Notes: generated from the letters alone by a model not told the origin. Numbered from the stretch's first letter, positions 54,482 to 63,193 are shown. The stretch is DNA of 64,000 bases from an uncultured Lentisphaeraceae bacterium (GCA_964406095.1 CAYOQJ010000092.1:590-64589); one strand, 5' to 3'. Program-made: numbers and translations.

Positions 54482-55663
54482 ATGAGTAAATTATCAACCA
54501 GGCATGTTTTCACCTCTGAGTCGGTCTCGGAAGGACATCCTGATAAAGTTTGTGATCAAATCTCGGATGCCATTCTGGATGCTTGCCTGCGTCAGGATTC
54601 CGAAGCGCATGTTGCCTGTGAAACTGCGGTCGGTTCCAATCTGGTTGTCAACCTCGGTGAGATATCATCCTCGAATTGGGATGCGGTCAATCCCAAGGTG
54701 ATCGCCCGCGATGTTATTCGCGATATCGGGTACGATCGCGCGGATGAGGGCTTCAGCTACGATACGTTCAATTATGTCAACGGACTTCACGGACAGTCGG
54801 TCGATATCGCCCAAGGGGTTAATCGCGAAGGCGTTGAAAATCAGGGGGCTGGCGATCAGGGCATGATGTTCGGCTATGCCTCCAATGCCACCGCGCAGCT
54901 TATGCCAGCCCCGATTGTGTTTGCTCACGGGTTATTGCAGTTTTTCACGGCATTGCGTAAAAATGGCGAAATCCCGTATTTGCGCCCCGATTCTAAAGCG
55001 CAGGTTAGTGTGCTGCATGAAGCCGGGGTTGCCAAAGAGATTACCGCGGTTGTGATTTCACATCAGACCGGTGATGTGCCGATTGAAACCATTCGCGCCG
55101 ATCTAGAAGAGAATGCCCGTATCTTTCTTAAAGACACCGGTCTGGTAACCACTAACACCGGTTTTTATATCAATCCGACCGGACGTTTTGTGATCGGCGG
55201 ACCCTGCGGCGACTCCGGTGTGACCGGACGTAAAATCATTGTCGATACCTATGGCGGCGTCGGCTCGCACGGTGGCGGCGCTTTCTCCGGCAAAGACCCC
55301 TCCAAAGTTGATCGCTCGGCTGCCTATTACTGCCGTTACGTCGCGAAAAATATCGTCGCCGCCGGTCTGGCTGACAAATGTGAGATTCAGGTTGCGTACG
55401 CTATCGGCGTCGCTAAACCGATGAGTATCAATGTCAGCACCTATGGCACCGGTAAAATAGCCGAGGATAAAATCGAAAAAATCCTGATGTCCAACGAAAT
55501 TTTCGACTTCCGCCCCGGTATGCTGATCAAGGATCTTGGTTTGAAAACACCTAAAGGCTGGTCATACCGCAAAAGCTCCAACTACGGACACTTCGGGCGC
55601 GACGGCTTTCCCTGGGAGGAGACAAACCGAGTTGAAGCTCTTAAATTAGCCGCCGGATTTTGA
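54482..55663 (+). CDS. metK: S-adenosylmethionine synthetase
   Basis: 393-aa ORF with FTSESVSEGHPDKVCDQISDA, GAGDQGMMFGYA and DTYGG...HGGGAFSGKDPSKVDRS. Confidence 0.97.
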   Translation: MSKLSTRHVFTSESVSEGHPDKVCDQISDAILDACLRQDSEAHVACETAVGSNLVVNLGEISSSNWDAVNPKVIARDVIRDIGYDRADEGFSYDTFNYVNGLHGQSVDIAQGVNREGVENQGAGDQGMMFGYASNATAQLMPAPIVFAHGLLQFFTALRKNGEIPYLRPDSKAQVSVLHEAGVAKEITAVVISHQTGDVPIETIRADLEENARIFLKDTGLVTTNTGFYINPTGRFVIGGPCGDSGVTGRKIIVDTYGGVGSHGGGAFSGKDPSKVDRSAAYYCRYVAKNIVAAGLADKCEIQVAYAIGVAKPMSINVSTYGTGKIAEDKIEKILMSNEIFDFRPGMLIKDLGLKTPKGWSYRKSSNYGHFGRDGFPWEETNRVEALKLAAGF

Positions 55664-55666
55664 TTT

Positions 55667-55689
55667 TTGCAACCACTCAGTGGTTGCAA
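55667..55689. repeat. Palindromic 3'-end element TTGCAACCACT-C-AGTGGTTGCAA (one member of a dispersed family)
   Basis: Perfect 11-bp arms 4 nt after the metK stop, followed by ACTCGAGTGTAAAAAAG. Related copies sit after the dehydrogenase gene (61090-61127) and at the 3' end of the kinase-NTase gene (63163-63200). Confidence 0.75.
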
Positions 55690-55714
55690 ACTCGAGTGTA
55701 AAAAAGTTTACGTG

Positions 55715-55818
55715 TTTTAACCACGTCATTGAGACCACCTCGGCACGGCGTAGCTTCAGCGAAGACGGCTTGGTGGTCAATTTTAACCACGTCATTGAGA
55801 CCACTTAGTGGTCTCAAT
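55715..55818 (+). promoter_or_regulatory. Duplicated 24-nt element with hairpins forming the ahcY leader; candidate cis-regulatory RNA
   Basis: TTTTAACCACGTCATTGAGACCAC occurs at 55715-55738 and 55781-55804. The second copy forms ATTGAGACCAC-TTA-GTGGTCTCAAT (11-bp stem), ending 1 nt before the AAGGA Shine-Dalgarno of ahcY. The first copy can pair imperfectly with GGTGGTCAAT at 55771-55780. Confidence 0.4.
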
Positions 55819-55830
55819 AAGGAATTTAAA

Positions 55831-57228
55831 ATGAACTACAAAATAAAAGATATCAACCTTGCTGAATGGGGCCGTAAATCAATTGCAATCGCCGAAAAGG
55901 AGATGCCCGGACTGATGGCGACCCGCGCCAAGTACGGCCCGGAGAAGCCGCTAAAAGGGGCGCGCGTTATGGGCAGTCTGCATATGACTATTGAAACAGC
56001 GGTTTTAATCGAAACTCTGGTTGAACTTGGTGCCGATGTGCGTTGGGCCTCCTGCAACATCTTTTCAACTCAGGATCATGCCGCTGCGGCCATAGCCGCC
56101 ATCGGAGTGCCGGTCTTCGCTTGGAAGGGGGAGACGCTGGAAGATTACTGGTGGTGCACAAAACAGGCATTGACCTGGCCGGACGGCGACGGCCCTGACC
56201 TCGTTGTTGATGACGGCGGCGATGCCACACTTATGCTCCACAAGGGCTATGAGGCTGAAACGAAAGATTCCTCTTTTTTTGATGAGCCCACGGATGTGGA
56301 AGAGGAAAAGGTTTTTAACGCTCTTATCAAAAAAACATTGCAGGAGGAACCCGGTTTTTTTACAAAGGCTGTGAAACGCTGGAGAGGAGTTTCGGAGGAG
56401 ACCACCACCGGTGTTCATCGTCTCTACCAATTGGCTGCCGATGGTAAACTATTGGTTCCCGCTATCAACGTTAATGACTCAGTCACCAAGTCAAAGTTTG
56501 ACAATATCTACGGCTGCCGCGAATCACTGGTCGACGGCATCAAACGCGCCATGGATGTCATGGTTGCCGGTAAAGTCGCTTTCGTTTGCGGTTTCGGTGA
56601 TGTCGGCAAAGGTTCGGCTGAATCGCTGAAAGAGCATAAGGCGCAGGTCTGGGTTTCTGAGATCGATCCTATCTGCGCCCTGCAAGCATGTATGGCCGGT
56701 TTTAAGGTGACAACCGTCGAGGATGCTCTGCCCTATGCGAACATTTTCGTGACAACCACGGGCGACAGAGATGTCATTACTGCCGATCACATGAGTAAGA
56801 TGCGAGATCAGGCGATTGTCTGCAATATCGGACACTTTGATAACGAGATTCAAGTTGCCAAACTGCGTGCCTGGCCCGGTGTCAAACATGAAGAGATGAA
56901 ACCGCAGGTCGATAAATTCACCTTCGCCGACGGACATAGCATCTATCTGCTGGCCGAGGGACGCCTGGTTAATCTCGGCTGTGCAACCGGACATCCCAGT
57001 TTTGTGATGTCCAATAGTTTTACCAACCAGACTTTGGCACAGATAAAACTCTGGAAGGAAGATTTGGCGATAGACGTTTACCGTTTACCAAAAGTGCTGG
57101 ATGAAGAGGTGGCTCGGCTGCACCTCGCTCACCTTGATGCCAAACTTACACGTCTGACACAGGAACAGGCCGACTATATCGGCGTTGCAGTTGACGGTCC
57201 ATATAAACCAGAACACTATCGGTATTAG
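55831..57228 (+). CDS. ahcY: Adenosylhomocysteinase
   Basis: The track ORF starts at 55729, inside the repeat leader. The true start is the ATG at 55831 (AAGGA upstream), giving [29 protein letters not shown]. It has the NAD motif [10 protein letters not shown] and a C-terminal YRY. Confidence 0.95.
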   Translation: MNYKIKDINLAEWGRKSIAIAEKEMPGLMATRAKYGPEKPLKGARVMGSLHMTIETAVLIETLVELGADVRWASCNIFSTQDHAAAAIAAIGVPVFAWKGETLEDYWWCTKQALTWPDGDGPDLVVDDGGDATLMLHKGYEAETKDSSFFDEPTDVEEEKVFNALIKKTLQEEPGFFTKAVKRWRGVSEETTTGVHRLYQLAADGKLLVPAINVNDSVTKSKFDNIYGCRESLVDGIKRAMDVMVAGKVAFVCGFGDVGKGSAESLKEHKAQVWVSEIDPICALQACMAGFKVTTVEDALPYANIFVTTTGDRDVITADHMSKMRDQAIVCNIGHFDNEIQVAKLRAWPGVKHEEMKPQVDKFTFADGHSIYLLAEGRLVNLGCATGHPSFVMSNSFTNQTLAQIKLWKEDLAIDVYRLPKVLDEEVARLHLAHLDAKLTRLTQEQADYIGVAVDGPYKPEHYRY

Positions 57229-57370
57229 TCCGGTGTTTGGCAGTAAGCGGAGATTAGGGAGTTAAAAGGGTTGAAGTGTTTAAAGGGTTAGAAGGGGGGT
57301 CACTTTTCTTTTTTACACTCTTCATTGCGTCGACTGTGTCGTCGTAATAAATCGTCACCCCGCCCGCAAT

Positions 57371-57760
57371 CCGCCGCAGTTGTAGCAGCCGCTCTGTGGG
57401 GCCGGTGACCACACCGGCCGCAACGCAGAATAACCCGACCGCAATGTAGCAGCCGTTCTGTGAGCGGCACCCTGTAGGGCCGGTGACCCACCGGCCGCAA
57501 CGTGGAACACTCCGCCGCAGTTGTAGCAGCCGCTCTGTGAGCGGCATCCTGTAGGGCCGGTGACCGCACCGGCCGCAACGCAGAACAGCCCGACCGCAGT
57601 TGTAGCAGCCGCTTTACAAGCGGCATCCTGTAGGGCCGGTGACCACACCGGCCGCAATATGGCCGGTGAGGGCACCGGCCCCCCAGATGCACGCTGTGTA
57701 GGGCGGGGGACCTCACCCGCCGCTGTAGCGTTGGCTCTCAGAGCCAATTTGCGGTTTTTA
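57371..57760. repeat. Tandem array of about four 65-79-nt GC-rich hairpin units plus trailing hairpins (REP/BIME-like)
   Basis: Units start with CCGCAGTTGTAGCAGCC at 57374, 57439 (variant), 57515 and 57594. Each carries GCCGCT-N5-AGCGGC and GGCCGGTG-N3/4-CACCGGCC stems joined by CCTGTAGG. Trailing hairpins are GGCCGGTG-AGGG-CACCGGCC (57661-57680) and TTGGCTCT-CA-GAGCCAA (57731-57747). Confidence 0.85.
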
Positions 57761-57942
57761 GACATGATTGACTAGATTTGGTTGCATTCTGTAACTCCTG
57801 TAATCCTGTTTGAAATTTTTTCCAAGTTTTCAGACCGCTGAAACGGAGCAGAGCGTAGTAAGGCTGAAGCGCAGGTTCGGCAATGATCCCGCAACGCGGG
57901 GAAGTGGCAATCTTCGCGAATAAGAGCGGCTCGCATTGGGTT

Positions 57943-58146
57943 GTGGACGAAGTGGACAGGCATGGACAGGCATGGACGGACACAGACTTCCTTTCAAACT
58001 AAGTTCCGCGCTTAACTCGCTTCCCGTGCTACTCCGGCATAACTCGCTTCCCACCTCGCTCAACTTTAGCACTCTCGCATTTTAGAACTTCCCCTCCCGT
58101 CCCTATGCCCATGCTTCATGCCCAACATTCCAACATTCCACATTCC
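57943..58146. repeat. Cluster of short tandem and near-tandem micro-repeats
   Basis: GGACAGGCAT x2 (57954-57973), TAACTCGCTTCCC x2 (58013-58025 and 58040-58052), AACATTCC x2 plus ACATTCC (58124-58146), and CATGCCC-like motifs. Confidence 0.7.
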
Positions 58147-58249
58147 ACAACATCTTATCTGTGCCCCGTCTCCCGTTCCCATGCCCCATGCGCTATACCT
58201 TCTTCAACCCTTCACCCAGTCCCGCATACGGGACGACTAAGGAGCTCCT

Positions 58250-59758
58250 ATGAACTGGTTTGTCCGTAATGCCTTGGCACTCAATATATTTCTACTGGTC
58301 ATGGCATTGAGTTGGATTCACGGTGGAACACGTCCAGATTTGCTGTTGCCGGTAATTCCCTGGCTGACCTTCATTATGTTGCAGGTGCTGATTGTTTTTC
58401 CGCAAGCCAAAAGCACCGAAAATTTAATTGAAGCCCGGCAGCGGGTTTGGCGTTCTTTACTCCACGATCCACTGACCTGGATTGCGTTGCTATTGTTAAT
58501 TTATCTGGTGATTCCGCTCTTTAATGTGGCGGGGGAACCGGTTTTTGACGAGGCAGCTCAACGTTGGATAAATCCGGATGCATTTGTGACCTGGTTGCCA
58601 AGCTGTGTCAAAGCCGATGAACATGCGGTCGTGTTGCTGTGGTTTGCTCCGGCTTTGCTGGCGGCATTGGCCGCCAGACACGGTCTTCTTAAGCGCGGCA
58701 AACGCTTGTTGTTGGAGATGATCTGCTGGAACGGCACTCTGCTTGCGGCAATTGGATTTGCGCAGCTGATTTCGGGTACAGATCGTCTGTTATGGCTGCT
58801 ACCTTTGGACTCTCATTTCTTTGCGACTTTTGGTTACCCTAATTTTGCCGGAGCGTTTTTTACCCTGGTTTTTGCGTTATCGTGTGGTCTATGGGGATTT
58901 GAAACAACGCTTTTCCTGCAGTCGCAGGAGGTGGCACTTGCGCAGGCACAGAAGAGTGTTTTTGTCAGACAGCGTATGCTTTTACCGATGGTGCTTAATT
59001 TTCTAGCTGCGCAGGCCACACTTTCACGCGCCACTATCCTGCTCTCATCGCTGGTTTTAGTTGTTTTTGCAATCTACATGCTGGCTTATACCTGGCAGAG
59101 GATAACTCAGAGTTCACGAGTCAAGATATTCGCTTCGATTTTCCTGGTGATTGCTTTGATGTTGATTGCACTGCTGCTTTTCAGATTTGAAGGATTTTTC
59201 AACGAACTTAGAACCATTTCACCGCAAAGTGTCATCGAGCGAGTTTCTGGCACCGGTTATTATCATACGCGTGTGGCGCGTGAAATCTACCAGAATAACG
59301 CTGTTTTTGGTGTGGGAGGATGGGGTTATCCATACTACCAGTTGCAATATATGGCACCCGAAGATATCAAACGCATGCAGATTCAGGGTGGGGTCAATGT
59401 GCATAATGATGCTTTACAGTTTCTCGCCGAACATGGTTATATAGGATTTGCTTTGATGGTTCTATGCGCTCTGATGCTGGTGTGGCCTCTCTGGTTGGCA
59501 GTTGTGTGGCTGGTGGGCAACTCCGTTAAAATTTCTCACAAGGATGTCGACTGCAACTCGCCAGCTGGCCATTGGTTTTACTGCATCCCGATACCGCTAG
59601 CAGCTGTTTTTATTGGTACTACTGCTACGGTTTGTCATGCAATGGGCGATCTTCCATTTCGCAACCCAGCTGTACTTACTGTTTGGATGCTCGCTTTCGT
59701 ATGTGTGCCGGGCTGGATTCCGGTTATCAAACGTCAACACAAATCATCCATAGATTAA
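58250..59758 (+). CDS. O-antigen ligase/polymerase family (Wzy_C) membrane protein
   Basis: 502-aa polytopic ORF with AAGGAG upstream. It has ATLSRATILL, a periplasmic loop with VFGVGGWGY, and NVHNDALQFLAEHGYIGF, all typical of the O-antigen ligase family. Confidence 0.8.
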   Translation: MNWFVRNALALNIFLLVMALSWIHGGTRPDLLLPVIPWLTFIMLQVLIVFPQAKSTENLIEARQRVWRSLLHDPLTWIALLLLIYLVIPLFNVAGEPVFDEAAQRWINPDAFVTWLPSCVKADEHAVVLLWFAPALLAALAARHGLLKRGKRLLLEMICWNGTLLAAIGFAQLISGTDRLLWLLPLDSHFFATFGYPNFAGAFFTLVFALSCGLWGFETTLFLQSQEVALAQAQKSVFVRQRMLLPMVLNFLAAQATLSRATILLSSLVLVVFAIYMLAYTWQRITQSSRVKIFASIFLVIALMLIALLLFRFEGFFNELRTISPQSVIERVSGTGYYHTRVAREIYQNNAVFGVGGWGYPYYQLQYMAPEDIKRMQIQGGVNVHNDALQFLAEHGYIGFALMVLCALMLVWPLWLAVVWLVGNSVKISHKDVDCNSPAGHWFYCIPIPLAAVFIGTTATVCHAMGDLPFRNPAVLTVWMLAFVCVPGWIPVIKRQHKSSID

Positions 59759-59811
59759 ATTTACAGAATGTTTTTTAACAGTTCAAATCAGTTTTTATGG
59801 AGAATAGAGTT

Positions 59812-61089
59812 ATGAAAAAAATCGGAATCGTCGGTCTTGGATATGTCGGTCTGCCGCTGGCATTGCAGTTCAGTCGCTCAGGCGCACAAGTTGTCGGCAT
59901 CGACATCGACTCCACAAAAGTGGATTCCCTGTTGAATGGTCGCTCTTACATCAAACATATCCTTGATGAAGCTATCACGGAGCAGATTCGTGCCGGTAAT
60001 TTGAGTGCCACCACCGATTTTTCAGTGATTGAATCTCTCGATGCGGTTATCATCTGTGTGCCGACACCACTCAATAAAAACCGCGAACCGGATATCTCTT
60101 TTATTCTGGACACTGGACATAAAATCGCGCCGTATCTCAGCCCCGGCACGGTCGTCACGCTGGAGTCGTCCACCTATCCCGGCACAACCGATGAAGACCT
60201 GCGCACCGTGCTTGAAGCTGGCTCCGGTATGAAGGCTGGCGAAGATTTTCATCTGGCTTTCTCCCCCGAGCGTGAGGATCCCGGCAATCCCCAGAGTGTG
60301 GTGGCCGACATCCCTAAAGTGATCGGTGGTTATACCCGGGCCTGTCTCGCAAAAGCAATGGAAGTCTACAGCATCGCAATTAACCACTTGGTTCCGGTTT
60401 CATCCTGTCGCGCGGCTGAGGCTACCAAGCTGAGCGAGAATATCTTTCGCAGTGTCAATATCGCCCTGGTTAACGAGCTTAAAGTTGTTTACGCGGCAAT
60501 GGATATCGACATCTGGGAAGTTATCGATGCCGCAGCTACCAAGCCATTTGGATTCATGCCGTTCTATCCCGGACCGGGTCTTGGAGGACACTGCATACCG
60601 ATTGACCCTTTTTACCTGACTTGGAAAGCGCGTGAATACGGACAGTGCACCCGCTTCATCGAATTGGCTGGCGAAATCAATACCCGCATGCCCGAGTATG
60701 TCGTTCATCAGGTCGCCGAAGCCTTGAACGACAGCAAAAAAGCGGTTAACGGTAGTAAAATTCTGGTGCTGGGACTGGCCTATAAAGCGAATGTAGATGA
60801 CGATCGTGAGTCGCCCAGCTATGTCTTAATGGAGATGCTTAAACAACGCGGCGCGGAGGTCTCATACTACGATCCTTATGTTCCAGTCATCAAACCGACC
60901 CGCGAACATCCGCAATGGGCAGGCACTGAGTCCGTGGAGTGGCAGCGCGATATTATCGCCGCTTTCGACTGCGTTCTAATCAGCACCGCGCACAAATGTG
61001 TCAACTACACAGAACTAGCAGAGTGGGCGCAGTTGATTGTTGATACCCGTAATGTGATGTCCGGCATCCGCAATGTCGTAAAAGCCTGA
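59812..61089 (+). CDS. Nucleotide-sugar dehydrogenase (UDP-glucose/GDP-mannose dehydrogenase family, WbpA/WecC-like)
   Basis: The track ORF starts at 59797. I prefer the ATG at 59812 (GGAGAA upstream). Motifs: KIGIVGLGYVGLPLAL, GGHCIPIDP (catalytic Cys) and LGLAYKANVDDDRESP. Confidence 0.9.
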   Translation: MKKIGIVGLGYVGLPLALQFSRSGAQVVGIDIDSTKVDSLLNGRSYIKHILDEAITEQIRAGNLSATTDFSVIESLDAVIICVPTPLNKNREPDISFILDTGHKIAPYLSPGTVVTLESSTYPGTTDEDLRTVLEAGSGMKAGEDFHLAFSPEREDPGNPQSVVADIPKVIGGYTRACLAKAMEVYSIAINHLVPVSSCRAAEATKLSENIFRSVNIALVNELKVVYAAMDIDIWEVIDAAATKPFGFMPFYPGPGLGGHCIPIDPFYLTWKAREYGQCTRFIELAGEINTRMPEYVVHQVAEALNDSKKAVNGSKILVLGLAYKANVDDDRESPSYVLMEMLKQRGAEVSYYDPYVPVIKPTREHPQWAGTESVEWQRDIIAAFDCVLISTAHKCVNYTELAEWAQLIVDTRNVMSGIRNVVKA

Positions 61090-61127
61090 TTTTTGCAGCC
61101 ACCATGTGGCCGCAAACTAGAGTGGAA
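61090..61127. repeat. Diverged copy of the palindromic 3'-end element
   Basis: TTTTTGCAGCCACCATGTGGCCGCAAACTAGAGTGG aligns with TTTTTGCAACCACTCAGTGGTTGCAAACTCGAGTGT at 55664-55699. It starts right after the stop codon. Confidence 0.65.
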
Positions 61128-61213
61128 AATGAAGGGTGCGCTATTAGCTTCCCCTTTTACCCTCGCCTGGAAAATGAAGGGTGCGCTATTAGTTTCCCCT
61201 TTTACCCTCGCCA
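61124..61213. repeat. Tandem duplication, 2 x 45 nt
   Basis: GGAAAATGAAGGGTGCGCTATTAGCTTCCCCTTTTACCCTCGCCT (61124-61168) is repeated at 61169-61213 with two substitutions. Confidence 0.9.
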
Positions 61214-61237
61214 TTGCGACGACATCGTCGTCGCAAT
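61213..61237 (+). promoter_or_regulatory. 11-bp perfect hairpin immediately upstream of the kinase-NTase start codon
   Basis: ATTGCGACGAC-ATC-GTCGTCGCAAT ends 6 nt before the ATG at 61244, with no Shine-Dalgarno in between. A diverged copy lies at 57324-57348. Confidence 0.4.
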
Positions 61238-61243
61238 AACACC

Positions 61244-63193
61244 ATGCAAAACAAAAACACCATAGAGCTTTTTGTTCCCGGCCGCGTCTGTCTCTTCGGC
61301 GAGCACTCCGACTGGGCTGGCGGGCATCGGCGCTCCAACTCCGCCATCGAACCAGGTGTCGTTATCATCACCGGCACCAATCAAGGCATGTATGCTCGTT
61401 GTAAGCGCTGTGATGGACACCTGGTCATCTGCTCCACACTGCCAGATGGTTCACGCACTGAGCTCTGGCGGGTGCCGATGGATTTGGAGGTGCTGCGTCG
61501 CGAGGCAGCATCTGGTGGTTTCTTCAGTTATGCCGCCGGCGTGGCTGCCTATATGCTTGATTTTTACGGTGTCGACGGCATTGAAATCGATAACTATAAA
61601 ACAACCTTGCCGGTGAAAAAGGGGTTGAGCTCCTCAGCCGCCTTCTGCGTGCTGGTCGCTCGCGCTTTTAATCAACTTTATAATCTGGGACTCACCACCC
61701 GTGCGGAAATTGAAGCGGCTTATCAGGGAGAGATTGCCACTCCCTCCCGTTGCGGACGCATGGATCAAGGCTGCGCCTATGGCCAGATACCGGTAAAAAT
61801 GGAGTTTGATGGCGACCGGCTTAATGTCAACCCTTTGCGCACCGGCGCCGATTTTCATCTGTTAATCGCTGATCTCAGCGGCAAAAAGGATACTGTGCGC
61901 ATTCTCTCGGATCTTAATGCAGCTTATCCTTTTTCTAAGTCTGAGAATGACCGGCGAGTACACTCCGCTTTGGGTATTGAGAATCGGCGGATTCTTGAAC
62001 GCGCCGCCGCTCTGATTGAACAGGGTGATGTTGATGGCCTCGGTGCGCTGATGAGTGAGGCGCAGAGGGTTTTCGACACTAACCTGATGCCGGTCTGTGA
62101 CGAGTTGCAGAGTCCGCGTCTGCATCAGGTGCTCAACGACCCCCACATTCAAGAGTGGGCCAGCGGCGGCAAGGGTGTCGGTTCACAAGGCGATGGCTGT
62201 GCTCAGTTTGTCTGTCGCTCAATCACCGACCGCCAGCAGCTTACCTCCTATTTGCAAACGCGTTATAAAATGAATTGCTTCGATCTCGACATCCTGCGCA
62301 AACCTCTGATTCGCAAAGTGGTGATCCCCGTCGCCGGATTAGGCACACGCATGTTTCCATATACCAAGGGGGTGCTGAAAACATTCTTGCCGGTTGTCAC
62401 ACCGGATGGCGTTGTTAAGCCGGTTATCCAAATCGTTATTGAAGAGGCTATTGCGGCAGGTGTCGAAGAGATCGCGCTGATTATTCAGCCCGGTACTGAA
62501 GCGTCGTTCAAAGATTATTTCAATACTGAACAGCGCGTTGGTGTGGTTGAAAAACTGCCGTCGATATTGCGGCACGAGGCCGAAAGTCTGCGCGCCATCG
62601 GCGGACGCATCACTTATATCCCGCAGGAGGAGCCGCGCGGTTTCGGTGATGCTGTGTTGCGCGCGGAAAAATGGGTCGGCGATGAACCCTTTCTGGTTAT
62701 GCTTGGCGACCATATCTTCCGATCAGAAACCGCACGCGGTGTGGCTGGTCAGATTGTCGATAGTTTTCAGGATTACGGCGCTTCGCAAAGTGTTGTCGGC
62801 ATCTATGAAGAGCAACTCAGTAACGTTAAAAATTACGGCACGGTTTGCGGTGAATGGGTATCGGAAAACATATTGCAGATTAACTCAATCAAAGAGAAAC
62901 CGGGCGAAGATGACGCAGCGACCTATCTGTCTGTCGCTCTTCATAATAAAAAAACCTGGTTCTGTGTGAATGGAATTTACGCGCTGCGTCCTTCAGTCTT
63001 TGAGATGCTGCGTCAGCATGCCGCTAATACCGTGAACAATGAGATCCAATTGACATCAGCTTTGGAATTTTTGATTGAAAGCGAAGGTATCAAAGGACTT
63101 GTTGTCGACGGCAGACATTATGATACCGGGATCCCAGATAAATATGCCGCCACTGTAGCCGGTTTCCGTAACCATTCAGCGGTTGCGAATTAG
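61244..63193 (+). CDS. Bifunctional GHMP-family sugar kinase / sugar-1-phosphate nucleotidyltransferase (GalU-like) fusion
   Basis: The track ORF starts at TTG 61214; I prefer the ATG at 61244. The N-terminal half has GHMP motifs (GRVCLFGEHSDW, PVKKGLSSSAAF). From about 62310 there is a nucleotidyltransferase fold (VVIPVAGLGTRMFPYTKGVLKTFLPV, PRGFGDAV, VMLGDHIF). Confidence 0.8.
   Translation: MQNKNTIELFVPGRVCLFGEHSDWAGGHRRSNSAIEPGVVIITGTNQGMYARCKRCDGHLVICSTLPDGSRTELWRVPMDLEVLRREAASGGFFSYAAGVAAYMLDFYGVDGIEIDNYKTTLPVKKGLSSSAAFCVLVARAFNQLYNLGLTTRAEIEAAYQGEIATPSRCGRMDQGCAYGQIPVKMEFDGDRLNVNPLRTGADFHLLIADLSGKKDTVRILSDLNAAYPFSKSENDRRVHSALGIENRRILERAAALIEQGDVDGLGALMSEAQRVFDTNLMPVCDELQSPRLHQVLNDPHIQEWASGGKGVGSQGDGCAQFVCRSITDRQQLTSYLQTRYKMNCFDLDILRKPLIRKVVIPVAGLGTRMFPYTKGVLKTFLPVVTPDGVVKPVIQIVIEEAIAAGVEEIALIIQPGTEASFKDYFNTEQRVGVVEKLPSILRHEAESLRAIGGRITYIPQEEPRGFGDAVLRAEKWVGDEPFLVMLGDHIFRSETARGVAGQIVDSFQDYGASQSVVGIYEEQLSNVKNYGTVCGEWVSENILQINSIKEKPGEDDAATYLSVALHNKKTWFCVNGIYALRPSVFEMLRQHAANTVNNEIQLTSALEFLIESEGIKGLVVDGRHYDTGIPDKYAATVAGFRNHSAVAN

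Noticed and set aside
55729-55830. Longer N-terminal extensions offered by the ORF track: ahcY from 55729, tuf from 40902, ROK from 7496, glycosidase from 36818, rex from 4225, fabH from 21095
   Set aside because: The extensions lack similarity to the respective families and run through repeats or intergenic structure. Downstream ATGs have good Shine-Dalgarno sequences and give canonical N-termini. The glycosidase start remains the least certain.
55715-55830. Canonical SAH riboswitch (RF01057) upstream of ahcY
   Set aside because: The remembered consensus blocks (GAGGAGCGCUGC, AGGCUCGG, CAACGGCGCUC) are not present. I keep it only as a candidate novel leader, not as the known class.
57371-57760. 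Possible CRISPR array, given regularly spaced GC-rich palindromic repeats
   Set aside because: Whole units of 65-79 nt are homologous to each other, so there are no unique spacers between the repeats. No cas genes lie nearby. The architecture fits REP/BIME-like tandem repeats instead.
57254-57775. Track ORFs 57254-57547, 57300-57716, 57355-57765 (minus) and 57560-57775 (plus)
   Set aside because: They lie entirely within the tandem hairpin array. Their peptides are repeat-driven and rich in Ala, Gly, Arg and Cys, several frames are open at once, and there is no ribosome-binding site. They are repeat artefacts.
61005-61420. Minus-strand ORFs 61005-61214, 61189-61380 and 61202-61420
   Set aside because: The first simply translates the 45-nt tandem repeat (ARVKGE(T/A)NSAPFIF twice). 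The others are antisense to the well-supported kinase-NTase gene.
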